A DNA stretch of 64,000 nucleotides from Verrucomicrobiia bacterium. GTDB taxonomy: Bacteria > Verrucomicrobiota > Verrucomicrobiia > Limisphaerales > UBA1319. This document shows positions 30,853-40,328 of the stretch, in pieces. Positions within the stretch are counted from its first letter, which is position 1. The number at the start of each line of letters is the position of its first letter. The notes beneath the pieces are model-generated. The model was not told where the DNA came from and did not search any database. It saw only the letters and a program-made list of their open reading frames with translations. Position numbers and translations under genes: made by a program. The stretch covers positions 3,936,001-4,000,000 of the forward strand of contig OY760937.1 in assembly GCA_963664225.1 (NCBI GenBank), read 5' to 3'.

Positions 30853-33543
30853 TCAGTCCTTATCGGTAATGGCCCATTGGGGGTAGGTGGCGAGGGAACC
30901 TTTCTGGGCATGCCAGAGGATGCGGTTGAGCGTATCCTCGGAACAGCGATCGGGTTCGCGCAAATCCAATTTGGCGGACGCTTCCGCGAGACGGCGCTGG
31001 AGGCGGTCGCTGACTTGTTTGGGCGAGGGATTGAGTTGGTCGAGCGGGACGTTTGCGGGAAGGCTTTGGTAAGCGGCAAAGTCGGGCTGGTCGGTGAAGC
31101 AGGCGGACATGGGTGTGGCGGTGGCGTCCATCTGATTCATCGGGGGCAAGCCGAGAATGAGTTCCATGGAGCGAATGAGGCTGGTCTGGTTGTAGTTTTC
31201 GTGGATGACCGCGTGGCGGCGGGTGTAGGGGCTGATGACATAGGCGGTGGTGCGGTAGCCGCTGACGTGGTCCCAGCCGTCCTGGGGATCGTCCTCGATG
31301 ACGAATATGCAGGTGTCCTTCCAGAAGACGCTTCGGGAAAGGGCCTCGACGATTTGACCGAGGGCCAGGTCGTTGTCGGCCACTTGAGCACCTGGCACGG
31401 GTGCTCCGGCGCGAGTGCCCGAAGTGTGGTCGTTGGGCAGACAGACGAGGAGAAAGTCCGGCAGTTTGCCGGTGCGTTCGCATTGTTTAAGGTCCTTGAT
31501 GAATTGGGCGGCGCGGAAGACGTCGGGGACGTCGAGGTCCCAGCCAATGGTGTTTGTGACGATATGGGGGGCGAGTGAGGCGATGGCCGGGCGGCTGGAA
31601 ATGGAGATCAACCCGGTTTGGTCGATAAAATCGCGATAGTAGTCTGTAAAGGTAATGGATTTTTTGTGTTTGGGATCGTTCCAACGGGTTTCGCCAATGG
31701 TGAATTCGCCGTAATCGCGGATGGTTTTTCCGTGGGCCAGCACGTTGTCCCAGATGAACCCGGCAGGAGAGTAGGCGAGCGCATCCACTTCGTCGTCGCC
31801 CATGCCGTCGGGATAACTGCGGGGGAAACCGGCGAACGATTTTTCCATGTAATCCGTGGCGAAGGCGCTATCGGACCATTGATGGCCGTCGGCGCTTAAA
31901 ATGCCGGAACAATAGGTGTTATCGAGCAGAACGAATTCGCGGGCGAGCTTGTGCTGGTTGGGGGTGAATTTTTCACCAAAGATGCAGAGGGACGCATCGC
32001 CATTGCCCTCCGGCATATCGCCGAGGACCTGATCGTAGGTGCGGTTTTCCTTGATGATATAGACGACGTGTTTGAAGACAGAGGGTTCTCCGACGCGCTC
32101 GGGAATGGGGCGGGACGGTTGATTGGCGCGCGGGCGCAAGCTGGCTTCCTTCAACCGGGCGTGTTGATAATTGGCGAGGACGGTTTGGGAGTAACGGGCC
32201 AGGGTTACGGAATTAGGCCGCCGAATAATGGAGAGCGAGCCGTGGTATTGGTGGCTGTTGTATTTCACGGGTTTGCCCGGCTTTGGCGGAATACCCGATC
32301 CAACGCCCTTGATATTGGCCACGCAAAGACTTTTTCGGAGCGCATCATATTCTATGGCGCCGGGATACCAGCCTGTGGGGATCAATCCCGTGAGTTTGGA
32401 TCGACCCGGTTTAAAGCGAACGACTGCGATGGCATTCTGGCTGCCGTTGCAGACATAGAGGGTGGTTCCGCGCGGGTCGAAGACGAAGGCATTGGGGCTG
32501 GCGCCAAACGGGTCCGTGGGATGCCAGCGCAAGGGAATGGTTTCGACGATCTGGTCGAGGCGGGTTTCGATGACACTGACGGTATCGCTTGCGGCATTGG
32601 CGACGGCGAGATAACGGCCATTGGGTGTGAGGGCCATGGCGGAAGCATGAAGGCCGGTGAGGATTTCCTTTGTGACAAGGCCTGAGGCAAGGTCGATGAC
32701 GGAAACGGAACCTTCGCTGGCAATGAAGCGCACGGGATCCACCCGCACCAGGGTTCCCTTACCGGCGGGACCGGTGGAGGCGTTGGCATCGGGGATGCGT
32801 CCGCCCCAATTGCTGACATAGATATTGGTTTTTGCGAGAACGACCTCGTAGGGGGCAAATCCGACCTCCACCAGGCGCAGGGGCTTGCCTGAAGGCAATT
32901 CCATTTCGAGCAAACGATTCGAGAGATTCAGCGCCACATAAAGTCGGCGTGCGTCTGGTGAGATGGCCAGGCCTGCGGGAATATCCGCTTCGCGGCTTTT
33001 CAAGCCGCTGACAGGCAGGGGCAGGCTGCCGATTGGGGAGACATGGTGATTGGGATCGACGCTGAAGACTTTGATGCTGCCATTCACGTTGGAGAGATAA
33101 ATGCGGGTGCCATCGGGCGAAAAAATCAGGCCGGTGTAACTGACCTGACCCTCTTTATCGGGTTCGAGAATATGGGTGGAAACCGGAGCGGCTTCCGGCG
33201 CGGTTTCACCGGGAAGGGTAACGCGTTGGAGAACGTGGCCGGATACAGGATCCACGACAATCAATTCGTGGGATTTTCCAGAAGTGACGAGAATGGCACC
33301 ATCCGGGCTAAGGCGGATGACCTGGGGACGAAGGCCGGGAAGGTCCGCCTGGATACCCGCCGGGGTGAGAAATTGATTTATGGGCAGGACAATGCGGTTT
33401 TCATTCGTGGAGCCGCTGGTCTTCGGCGCGGGTGCCGTTGCCGCGCCGTGACAGACAAGGAGATTGCAAATTAGAAAGGTGCATCCCGCCCAATGCAGAA
33501 GGGCAGCATTCCAAAAGGAAGGCTTTAGCGAAGTAGTGTGCAT
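30853..33543 (-). CDS. Secreted YVTN beta-propeller plus phosphoesterase/alkaline-phosphatase-like protein (likely ATG 33543)
   Basis: Repeated YV.N...VSVID blades; KENRTYD, LPNDHT, EDDPQDGWDHV. Confidence 0.88.
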   Translation of the reverse strand: MHTTSLKPSFWNAALLHWAGCTFLICNLLVCHGAATAPAPKTSGSTNENRIVLPINQFLTPAGIQADLPGLRPQVIRLSPDGAILVTSGKSHELIVVDPVSGHVLQRVTLPGETAPEAAPVSTHILEPDKEGQVSYTGLIFSPDGTRIYLSNVNGSIKVFSVDPNHHVSPIGSLPLPVSGLKSREADIPAGLAISPDARRLYVALNLSNRLLEMELPSGKPLRLVEVGFAPYEVVLAKTNIYVSNWGGRIPDANASTGPAGKGTLVRVDPVRFIASEGSVSVIDLASGLVTKEILTGLHASAMALTPNGRYLAVANAASDTVSVIETRLDQIVETIPLRWHPTDPFGASPNAFVFDPRGTTLYVCNGSQNAIAVVRFKPGRSKLTGLIPTGWYPGAIEYDALRKSLCVANIKGVGSGIPPKPGKPVKYNSHQYHGSLSIIRRPNSVTLARYSQTVLANYQHARLKEASLRPRANQPSRPIPERVGEPSVFKHVVYIIKENRTYDQVLGDMPEGNGDASLCIFGEKFTPNQHKLAREFVLLDNTYCSGILSADGHQWSDSAFATDYMEKSFAGFPRSYPDGMGDDEVDALAYSPAGFIWDNVLAHGKTIRDYGEFTIGETRWNDPKHKKSITFTDYYRDFIDQTGLISISSRPAIASLAPHIVTNTIGWDLDVPDVFRAAQFIKDLKQCERTGKLPDFLLVCLPNDHTSGTRAGAPVPGAQVADNDLALGQIVEALSRSVFWKDTCIFVIEDDPQDGWDHVSGYRTTAYVISPYTRRHAVIHENYNQTSLIRSMELILGLPPMNQMDATATPMSACFTDQPDFAAYQSLPANVPLDQLNPSPKQVSDRLQRRLAEASAKLDLREPDRCSEDTLNRILWHAQKGSLATYPQWAITDKD

Positions 33544-33646
33544 TCGTGTAAAATGCCTTGAGGGGGTTCTACGATCAAGACCTTGTGTCCCATGGCATGG
33601 TGCGGGTTGACCCCTGATGGTCCAGGCCGTAAGGTGCAGGCGAACA

Positions 33647-35233
33647 ATGACGACGATCAACACGCCAGAAGAAATTCAACGTCAGCTGCAGGAATTGATG
33701 AGCCGACAATTTCCCAGTTCCCCAGGGGCGAATTTTGCCAAGGCCGATGGGAGCACTGCGGATTCCGCCGCGCCCAAAACGCCGACTGCGGGCTTCAAGT
33801 TCGACTTTAAACCGCGGGATGTGAAGGCTTATCTGGATCGGTTTGTCATCAAGCAGGACGAGGCAAAGAAGGTCCTGAGCGTGGCCTTGTGCGATCATTA
33901 TAACGAGGTGCGCCAGGCGCTGGAAGGCAAGCCACAGGTCAATTACGCCAAGCAAAACATTATTTTGATTGGGCCGACGGGGGTGGGAAAAACTTATCTG
34001 ATTCGGAGCCTGGCGGACTTGATCGGAGTGCCGTTTGTAAAGGCCGATGCGACGAAGTTTTCCGAGACCGGGTATGTCGGCGGTGATGTGGAAGATCTTG
34101 TGCGTGAATTGGTTCGACAGGCCAATGGCGACGTGGCCCGGGCACAATACGGCATCATCTATATCGATGAAATCGACAAAATTTCCGCGTCAACCGGGTT
34201 GACCGGACGTGACGTAAGCGGTCGAGGTGTGCAGACGAACCTCCTCAAATTGATGGAGGAAACGGAGGTTCCCGCCCGCGCGCCCAACGACATTGCCGGC
34301 CAGATCCAGGCGATGATGGAGATGACGCGGACCAGCGGTCCCAAACAGCCGTCCACGATCAACACGCGGCATATACTGTTTGTGGTGAGCGGCGCTTTTG
34401 ACGGTTTGCAGAAGATCGTTCAGAAACGGTTGAGTGAGGCCACGATCGGATTTTCAACCCGGGGCGACCGGTCGCTGAAGCCAAATCAGGTTCTGGAACA
34501 GGCGCAAACGAAGGACTTTATCGATTTTGGGTTTGAACCTGAGTTTATCGGACGCCTGCCGGTGCGCGTGCATTGCCATCCGCTGAATCAGGACGATTTG
34601 TTTGAGATTTTGAAGAATTCGGAGGGCAGCATCATCCGCCAGTATGAGCAATCCTTCGCGGCCTATGGGTTGGAGGTACTGTTCGGGGATGACGGGCTGA
34701 AGCGGATTGCCGAAATGGCTGGTAACGAACAGACCGGGGCGCGCGGATTGATGACGGTCTGTGAGCGGATTTTTCGGGAGTTCAAGTTCGAGCTGCCATC
34801 CACGGTGGTGAAAAGGTTCTTTGTGGGGCGCGCATTGGTGGATAATCCGGCTGTGGCGCTGAAGGAACTGCTGGCGGAGCGGGAGAAAGAGGAGCGGGCC
34901 GTGGGACGGGAATTGGTGCATGAATTTGCGCGGCGCTTTGAGGAGACGCACGGGATCAAGATTCGATTTGCGGAGGCTGCGGCGGATCGGTTGGTGGAAC
35001 TGGCGCATGAACAGTCGGTTTCCGTGCGCGATTTGTGCGCCACACGGTTCAAGGATTTCCATTTTGGGCTGAAATTGATCATTCAGAATGCCGGAGAGAA
35101 GGAATTTGCTCTGGAAGTGGATGCGGTGGAGGCCCCGGACAAGGTTTTAAGCCAGTGGGTGGTGGCCAGTTATCGGGACAACCCGGCGGCAGCGGGCGCT
35201 TCAGGGGCGGAATCCGAGGTCAAAAATGGTTAA
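33647..35233 (+). CDS. ClpX-like AAA+ ATPase without N-terminal Zn-binding domain
   Basis: GPTGVGKT, GYVG pore loop, IDEIDK, RDVSG.GVQ, IGF loop, PEFIGRLP. Confidence 0.9.
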   Translation: MTTINTPEEIQRQLQELMSRQFPSSPGANFAKADGSTADSAAPKTPTAGFKFDFKPRDVKAYLDRFVIKQDEAKKVLSVALCDHYNEVRQALEGKPQVNYAKQNIILIGPTGVGKTYLIRSLADLIGVPFVKADATKFSETGYVGGDVEDLVRELVRQANGDVARAQYGIIYIDEIDKISASTGLTGRDVSGRGVQTNLLKLMEETEVPARAPNDIAGQIQAMMEMTRTSGPKQPSTINTRHILFVVSGAFDGLQKIVQKRLSEATIGFSTRGDRSLKPNQVLEQAQTKDFIDFGFEPEFIGRLPVRVHCHPLNQDDLFEILKNSEGSIIRQYEQSFAAYGLEVLFGDDGLKRIAEMAGNEQTGARGLMTVCERIFREFKFELPSTVVKRFFVGRALVDNPAVALKELLAEREKEERAVGRELVHEFARRFEETHGIKIRFAEAAADRLVELAHEQSVSVRDLCATRFKDFHFGLKLIIQNAGEKEFALEVDAVEAPDKVLSQWVVASYRDNPAAAGASGAESEVKNG

Positions 35234-35242
35234 AAAATCGAC

Positions 35243-35270
35243 TTGCATGCGCGTGTTGCGGGAGTAACAT
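35243..35270 (+). promoter_or_regulatory. Putative infC promoter
   Basis: TTGCAT-16 bp-TAACAT after an A-tract. Confidence 0.45.
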
Positions 35271-35352
35271 TATCGCGTAAACAAAGTTTGTCCATTGCTT
35301 GGAATCTGCATATCAAAAAACGCATGAGTAACGCTCAACCGGGAGGGGTGTC

Positions 35353-36132
35353 TTGAGTCGTCCCTTCTCTCCTCGAGGCTTTTCGGCACCCACCACATTC
35401 TATCGGGTTAACGGCAAGATCCGCGCCCGGGAAGTGCGAGTCATAGGAATCGATGGCAGTCAGCTCGGTGTCCTGACCACAACGGAGGCGCTGAATAATG
35501 CCCGCCAACACGGTGTCGATCTGGTGGAGATTGCGCCCAACGCGGTGCCGCCGGTGTGCCGGATTGTCGATTATGGAAAATTTCGTTACGAGATTTCCAA
35601 AAAGGACAAGGATTCCAAGAAGCATCAGCACGCCAACCGCGTCAAGGAAATCCAGCTTAGCCCCACAATCGACGCGCATGATTTTGGCGTAAAAGTGGCG
35701 CGCGGGATCGATTTCCTGTGCGATGACATGAAGATCAAGATCGCGCTCAAATTCCGCGGCCGCGAAATGGCCCACCAGGAGTTTGGGTTCAAGACGGTCG
35801 AGAGATTCATAAAAGAGGTTACGCCTTTTGGCCATCCCGACGCTCCGCCCAAGCTCTTGGGACGTGGGTTGAACGTGATGATCAGCCCGCTGCCCAGAAA
35901 CAAACGCGCCAAGAATCCCAATGCCGTCGAGGGGCGATCCATGACGCTGCATGTGGAAGATGATGAATCGGGCGACGAGAATGACGAAAGCAACGAGGGC
36001 AACGAGAATCAGGAGCAGCAACGTCCCGCCAAGCCGGCCTCCAAGCCGACGCCGAAACCTGAACCCGGGAGCGAGACTGCCGGTGGGGACGGTTTGAACA
36101 CGCCGTTCACGCAGTTGCAGATCAAGAGCTAA
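35353..36132 (+). CDS. infC: Translation initiation factor IF-3 (TTG start, acidic/Pro-rich C-terminal tail)
   Basis: IRAREVRVI, DLVEIAPNA.PPVCRIVDYGKF, FRGRE; GGAGG upstream. Confidence 0.97.
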   Translation: MSRPFSPRGFSAPTTFYRVNGKIRAREVRVIGIDGSQLGVLTTTEALNNARQHGVDLVEIAPNAVPPVCRIVDYGKFRYEISKKDKDSKKHQHANRVKEIQLSPTIDAHDFGVKVARGIDFLCDDMKIKIALKFRGREMAHQEFGFKTVERFIKEVTPFGHPDAPPKLLGRGLNVMISPLPRNKRAKNPNAVEGRSMTLHVEDDESGDENDESNEGNENQEQQRPAKPASKPTPKPEPGSETAGGDGLNTPFTQLQIKS

Positions 36133-36168
36133 ACGGCGGCAGGCAATTATCAGATTTTTGAACGCATT

Positions 36169-36207
36169 CGGAGGTTGGAGGTTTTCCTTCAACCTCCGTT
36201 TTGTTTT
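36169..36207 (+). terminator. Intrinsic terminator after infC
   Basis: CGGAGGTTGGAGG / CCTTCAACCTCCG stem then TTTTGTTTT. Confidence 0.8.
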
Positions 36208-36328
36208 GGCACCCGACTTCCTGTGAGATTTGATGGGAAGTCGTTTTGAGGGGAACATGGTCATTCGCGACCCGGAAGAAAGAGATTGAACCGCCATGGA
36301 TGAAATCAACGCAATGTTAGGTTAGGGT

Positions 36329-36934
36329 TTGTCTGTGGACGCTGAATTCTGGAATAATCGTTACGCCGTCGCCGATTACGTTTTTGGTGAGGGGCCCAAT
36401 GGTTTTGTGGCCGAGATGGCGTCGCGCGTTCCCGCAGGTCCGGTGCTTTGTCTGGCGGAGGGGGAGGGGCGCAATGCGGTTCATTTTGCGACTTTGGGGC
36501 ATTGTGTCACGGCCGTCGATCAATCGGCTGCCGGATTGGAAAAGGCCCGTCTTCTTGCTGCAAAACGCGGCGTCGGGATTGAGACCGTCTTGAGCGACCT
36601 TGGAGAATATCACATCCCACCGGAAGCGTGGGCGGGGATTGTGGCGACTTTCGCGCATTTGCCACCGCCGCTGCGGCGTCAGGTGCATGCGGAGACGGTG
36701 GCGGGACTTCAGCGCGGAGGCATTTTCATCCTCGAGGCTTACACGCCGGCGCAACTGGCATTTGGCACCGGTGGACCGAAATCGCCCGAATTATTGATGA
36801 CCCTTAACGAGCTTCTGGTGGAGTTGGCGGGATTGGAGTTTTTGATCGCACGCGAATTGGAGCGCGACGTGGTGGAGGGAGGTGGTCACACGGGGCGCGG
36901 GGCCGTGGTGCAGATATTGGCGCGTAAACCCTGA
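36329..36934 (+). CDS. Class I SAM-dependent methyltransferase (TehB-like)
   Basis: VLCLAEGEGRNA, VTAVDQS motifs. Confidence 0.9.
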   Translation: MSVDAEFWNNRYAVADYVFGEGPNGFVAEMASRVPAGPVLCLAEGEGRNAVHFATLGHCVTAVDQSAAGLEKARLLAAKRGVGIETVLSDLGEYHIPPEAWAGIVATFAHLPPPLRRQVHAETVAGLQRGGIFILEAYTPAQLAFGTGGPKSPELLMTLNELLVELAGLEFLIARELERDVVEGGGHTGRGAVVQILARKP

Positions 36935-37029
36935 TTTGAGAGTTTGAGGCGTGCTGTGGGATAATGGGGAAAATAGTTGGCCATAGATTAACACTGACAA
37001 ACACAGATGAGGGCGGAGGGCGGAGGTCA

Positions 37030-37169
37030 GCATAATTCCTGTTGCCAGGGCGGTATTTGGGGAGCAGGCTGCATTTGTTCAACGATGTGATTGCCACGAG
37101 GACGGCCCATTCATACGCCAAATCCAATCGGCTGAGCTTGACCGGTTCAGGCGGGCACAGCTCTGGAGG
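37030..37169 (+). repeat. 140-bp direct repeat, copy 1
   Basis: Matches 37388-37529 with about 7 substitutions and a 2-bp indel (manual alignment). Confidence 0.92.
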
Positions 37170-37238
37170 GCGGGAAAATGCATCACGCGGAGACGAGGAG
37201 AACGCGGAGAATTAGTGTGGAAAGGACCCGAAAAGCCA

Positions 37239-37274
37239 CCTCACCCCGACCCTCTCCCCAGAGCGGAGAGGGAG
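37239..37274 (+). repeat. CCCTCACCCC..CCCTCTCCC-type (BoxC-like) palindromic repeat
   Basis: CCTCACCCCGACCCTCTCCCCAGAGCGGAGAGGGAG with CCCTCTCC/GGAGAGGG stem. Confidence 0.6.
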
Positions 37275-37387
37275 GAGTTTTTCGCGTTTATGAACGATTG
37301 GACGATTTGGAAACTGGTACCGCGAGGGGGTGACGGACGAAGGAATGAGCGCGAGTACGCGGAAGGCAAATCAGGGATCAGAGGGCG

Positions 37388-37529
37388 GCATAATTCCTGT
37401 TGCCAAGGCGGTGTATGGGGAGCAGGCTGCATTTGTTGTCAACGATGTGATTGCCATGAGGACGGCCCATTCATACGCCAAATCCAATCGACTGAGCTTG
37501 TTCGGTTCAGGCGGGCACAGCTCTGGAGG
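37388..37529 (+). repeat. 140-bp direct repeat, copy 2
   Basis: Matches 37030-37169. Confidence 0.92.
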
Positions 37530-37591
37530 CTGGCTTGGGAATAAATCAGCACTTGAAAAGTGAACGATATCATGGTCTGATCCCTTTACAA

Positions 37592-37705
37592 TCCGGAGTT
37601 ATGCAGTTGGTTCCGAAGTGCCAACATCCCAATATTCCCGGGGGGATATTCTGGGAAACAATGCATCCAGGAGGACCCGGAGGGTATTCGATCTGGGGAG
37701 ACTAA
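37592..37705 (+). pseudogene. C-terminal fragment of an HNH/WHH-type polymorphic toxin nuclease
   Basis: Hand translation SGVMQLVPKCQHPNIPGGIFWETMHPGGPGGYSIWGD*; MQLVP...H...H..G..GG..IWG pattern. Confidence 0.6.
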
Positions 37706-37716
37706 CCCAAAACACT

Positions 37717-38037
37717 ATGAAATTGATCGACCTAGTCACATACTTTAGACACGGAGGAACTTTCGAGGACTTCTGTAAAACGCAGGCACTCAACGCCGAA
37801 TCTGAGGTCATAGAAATCTACTCTCAGGTGCCTGTTGGCTTGGAATCGCAACTTGGATTTTTCCCCATCGAGGAAACGGAGGGGAAAGCCGAGTTTTCGT
37901 CGAATGGCGTTAAATACAAGACCCTTTTCGATTTTTTCTACTTCTTAGAAGTCATTGAAGATTTGAAAGACGCGCAGCTTCCCGAAGATGGTGAGCTTGC
38001 ACAAAAACTACTGTCATACGCATTGAAAGACGCCTAG
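37717..38037 (+). CDS. Small acidic protein, candidate toxin immunity protein (ATG 37717, 106 aa)
   Basis: Starts 11 bp after the toxin-fragment stop; acidic and aromatic; more AT-rich than flanking genes. Confidence 0.6.
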   Translation: MKLIDLVTYFRHGGTFEDFCKTQALNAESEVIEIYSQVPVGLESQLGFFPIEETEGKAEFSSNGVKYKTLFDFFYFLEVIEDLKDAQLPEDGELAQKLLSYALKDA

Positions 38038-38268
38038 CAGCCTGTTGAAGTGTATCCGTCAGACCAAGTGGCTATAGGCAATGGCCGGTCTGAACTGGTT
38101 AAATGGGGGGCGTAAAGGGGTCACCCATTAGGGCAGGGATCAACAGAATAAAACGTTGCTGCTCCGATTTTTATCTTTTTCGGTTTTTTTCTGTGGTGGC
38201 TCGATAACGCGTCTGCAGGTTCTGACTCAATCCTGCGTTTTCGTCATTAATAATTTCGGATTTCGGGT

Positions 38269-40243
38269 GTGCGCCAGTGAAATTGGTAGCCTCGTGGGTG
38301 AAAGTCCCGCCGGTCGAATTAGACGGTTCACGACCGAAATGCAGCGTCCGGGACGAGGCCGTGAGGCCGAACCACAAGCGGGACGCTGAAAGAACTGTCG
38401 GGTCGTAACGAAAGTAAACCTCATCAAATGAGCTCCGAAACCGAAATAACCGGTAAGCCGAGCCGCTACCCGAACGGCGAAGGCAGAAACGCGGCGTCAT
38501 CAAATCGTCAAATGGGCGCTGTTGATTCCGGCGGAGTCAGCGAGGGCGACACGACAGGAAGGGAAACCAAGGTAAGCTGGGAGATCTCTGGAGGCGGGGC
38601 GATAAAGCCTCAACCGCCGGTGCAAGGAGGAACACCCTCCGAGGCCGCACGGGCAGCCAGAGAAGTCGGAGTCTTCCATAGTAGCGAAGAAGCTGGGGCG
38701 ACCAAAACCCCGGCGGAGCCAAGGGAAGGCACTTGGATCGAAGCGAATCAAAACAGCGAGGGACAGGGAGATGGCCTTGAGGGAGTGGAAACACTTTTTC
38801 AACGGATAACAACCCCGATAAAAGTTCAAAAGCTGCAGCGAGCGCTATATTGCAAAGCCAAGGCTGAGCCGAAGTATCGGTTTTACAGCCTCTACGGAGA
38901 ACTGCTGCGGAAGGACGTGCTGGAAACGGCAATGGCCTCCGTGGCGCACAACAATGGCGCGGCTGGGATCGACGGGCAGACATGCGACGTCTATCTTGCC
39001 AGCGACGAAGCCTGGGACCAATGGCGGAACCAACTGCTGGAGGAGTTACGCACGAAGAAGTATCGGCCAAGCCCGGTGAAGCGTGTGTATATACCAAAAG
39101 GAGACGGGAAGCTGCGACCCCTGGGCATCCCGACAGTGAAAGACCGGGTGGTGCAGACAGCGGTGGTGATTGTATTGCTGCCGATTCTGGAAGCCGATAG
39201 TCATCCGAACAGTTACGCCTATCATCCCAAACGCAATGCCCACCAAGCAATGGAGGCGATCAAGAAGGCTACGCTGACAGGACGCGTCGAAGTTATAGAC
39301 GCGGACTTAAGCGGGTATTTTGACAGCATTCCCCACAGGCGTTTGTTGCGCATAGTGGCCAAGCGGGTCAGCGATGGAACAATTCTCAAGCTGATCGCAG
39401 GATGGCTGCGCGCGCCCGTGAATGAACCGCAAAGCGACACAGGGAAAGGCGGGACAAAGGGGGGGCAAGGTCAGAATCGACGGGGGACTCCGCAAGGCGG
39501 GGTTGTATCGCCGATTTTAGCCAATGCATACCTCAACCAGTTGGATTGGGAAGTCAACGAACGCTGCGAACTCAAACCCGTGATGGTGAGATACGCGGAT
39601 GATTTCGTGATACTCGGACAGCCGGGGCAGGGACGGGAACTGATGGAACGACTGGAACGATGGCTGAAGCAACGCGAGTTAGTGCTCAACGAGAAGAAGA
39701 CCCGCTTGGTGGACCTCCGCCAGGATGGCATCAAATTCTTGGGATTCGCGCTAACAATGCGACAGGGGAAGGGGAAATGGAAATATCCGCATGTGGAACC
39801 CCATCCCAAGAGCCAGAAGAAGTTTCGAGACGGGATTCGGGAGAAACTCAACCGAAGCACGCTATGGCGTGATATCGGAGAGGTGATTCCCGAGCTCAAC
39901 AAGAAACTCAAAGGTTGGAAGGGTTACTTTCACTACGGGAACAGCACCAAGGTGATGGGCCAGATGAACGAATACGTCAGCAGCAAGTTACAACGATGGT
40001 TGTGGCGCAAACACGGATGTAGTCGGGCGCAATGGTCCACATACCCCAAGGAGGATCTCTATGAGCGTTATGGTTTATACCAAATGCCGGAATATGCGGC
40101 ATGGAAACGATGACGTCGAAGCGATGCAACGTATGATCCCCGGAGAGCCGGATGCGGGAAAACCGCCTGTCCGGTTCGATGAGGGGCGAAATGCGACGGT
40201 CATTGGCCACGGCCATTCAATCCGTCCATTTCGCCTACTCTAC
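38269..40243 (+). mobile_element. Group II intron (IIB-like, probably bacterial class E)
   Basis: 5' GTGCG at 38269; domain V at 40145-40177 with AGC triad; domain VI with bulged A at 40237 and terminal AC; EBS1 loop ACCCGAA (38468-38474) pairs with the 5' exon. Confidence 0.92.
38785..40113 (+). CDS. ltrA: Group II intron reverse transcriptase/maturase, no C-terminal HNH domain (start approximate)
   Basis: AAGIDG, RPLGIPTVKDR, DADLSGYFDSI, GTPQGGVVSP, RYADDF, FLGF, GW..YF. Confidence 0.95.
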   Translation: METLFQRITTPIKVQKLQRALYCKAKAEPKYRFYSLYGELLRKDVLETAMASVAHNNGAAGIDGQTCDVYLASDEAWDQWRNQLLEELRTKKYRPSPVKRVYIPKGDGKLRPLGIPTVKDRVVQTAVVIVLLPILEADSHPNSYAYHPKRNAHQAMEAIKKATLTGRVEVIDADLSGYFDSIPHRRLLRIVAKRVSDGTILKLIAGWLRAPVNEPQSDTGKGGTKGGQGQNRRGTPQGGVVSPILANAYLNQLDWEVNERCELKPVMVRYADDFVILGQPGQGRELMERLERWLKQRELVLNEKKTRLVDLRQDGIKFLGFALTMRQGKGKWKYPHVEPHPKSQKKFRDGIREKLNRSTLWRDIGEVIPELNKKLKGWKGYFHYGNSTKVMGQMNEYVSSKLQRWLWRKHGCSRAQWSTYPKEDLYERYGLYQMPEYAAWKR

Positions 40244-40328
40244 TAAAGGGTTTTTCCGCGAACGGAAGATATATGGCCTGCACCTTACGGATAAGAAAAT
40301 GCCGTATCATATTAATGGAGACTCAGTT

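Noticed and set aside
38267..38271. Alternative intron 5' end GTGTG
   Set aside because: EBS1 complementarity and reconstruction of the inverted-repeat target both require the boundary at 38269.
38428..38784. N-terminal 119 aa of the 561-aa RT ORF
   Set aside because: Overlaps ribozyme domain I including the EBS1 hairpin; RT similarity starts near TTPIKVQKLQRALY.
38785..40113. Retron or DGR reverse transcriptase
   Set aside because: Has group II intron maturase signatures and flanking domain V/VI RNA; the 140-bp repeat differences are not adenine-specific as in TR/VR pairs.
40152..40298. Extended start of the methyltransferase-family ORF
   Set aside because: Begins within intron domains V-VI.
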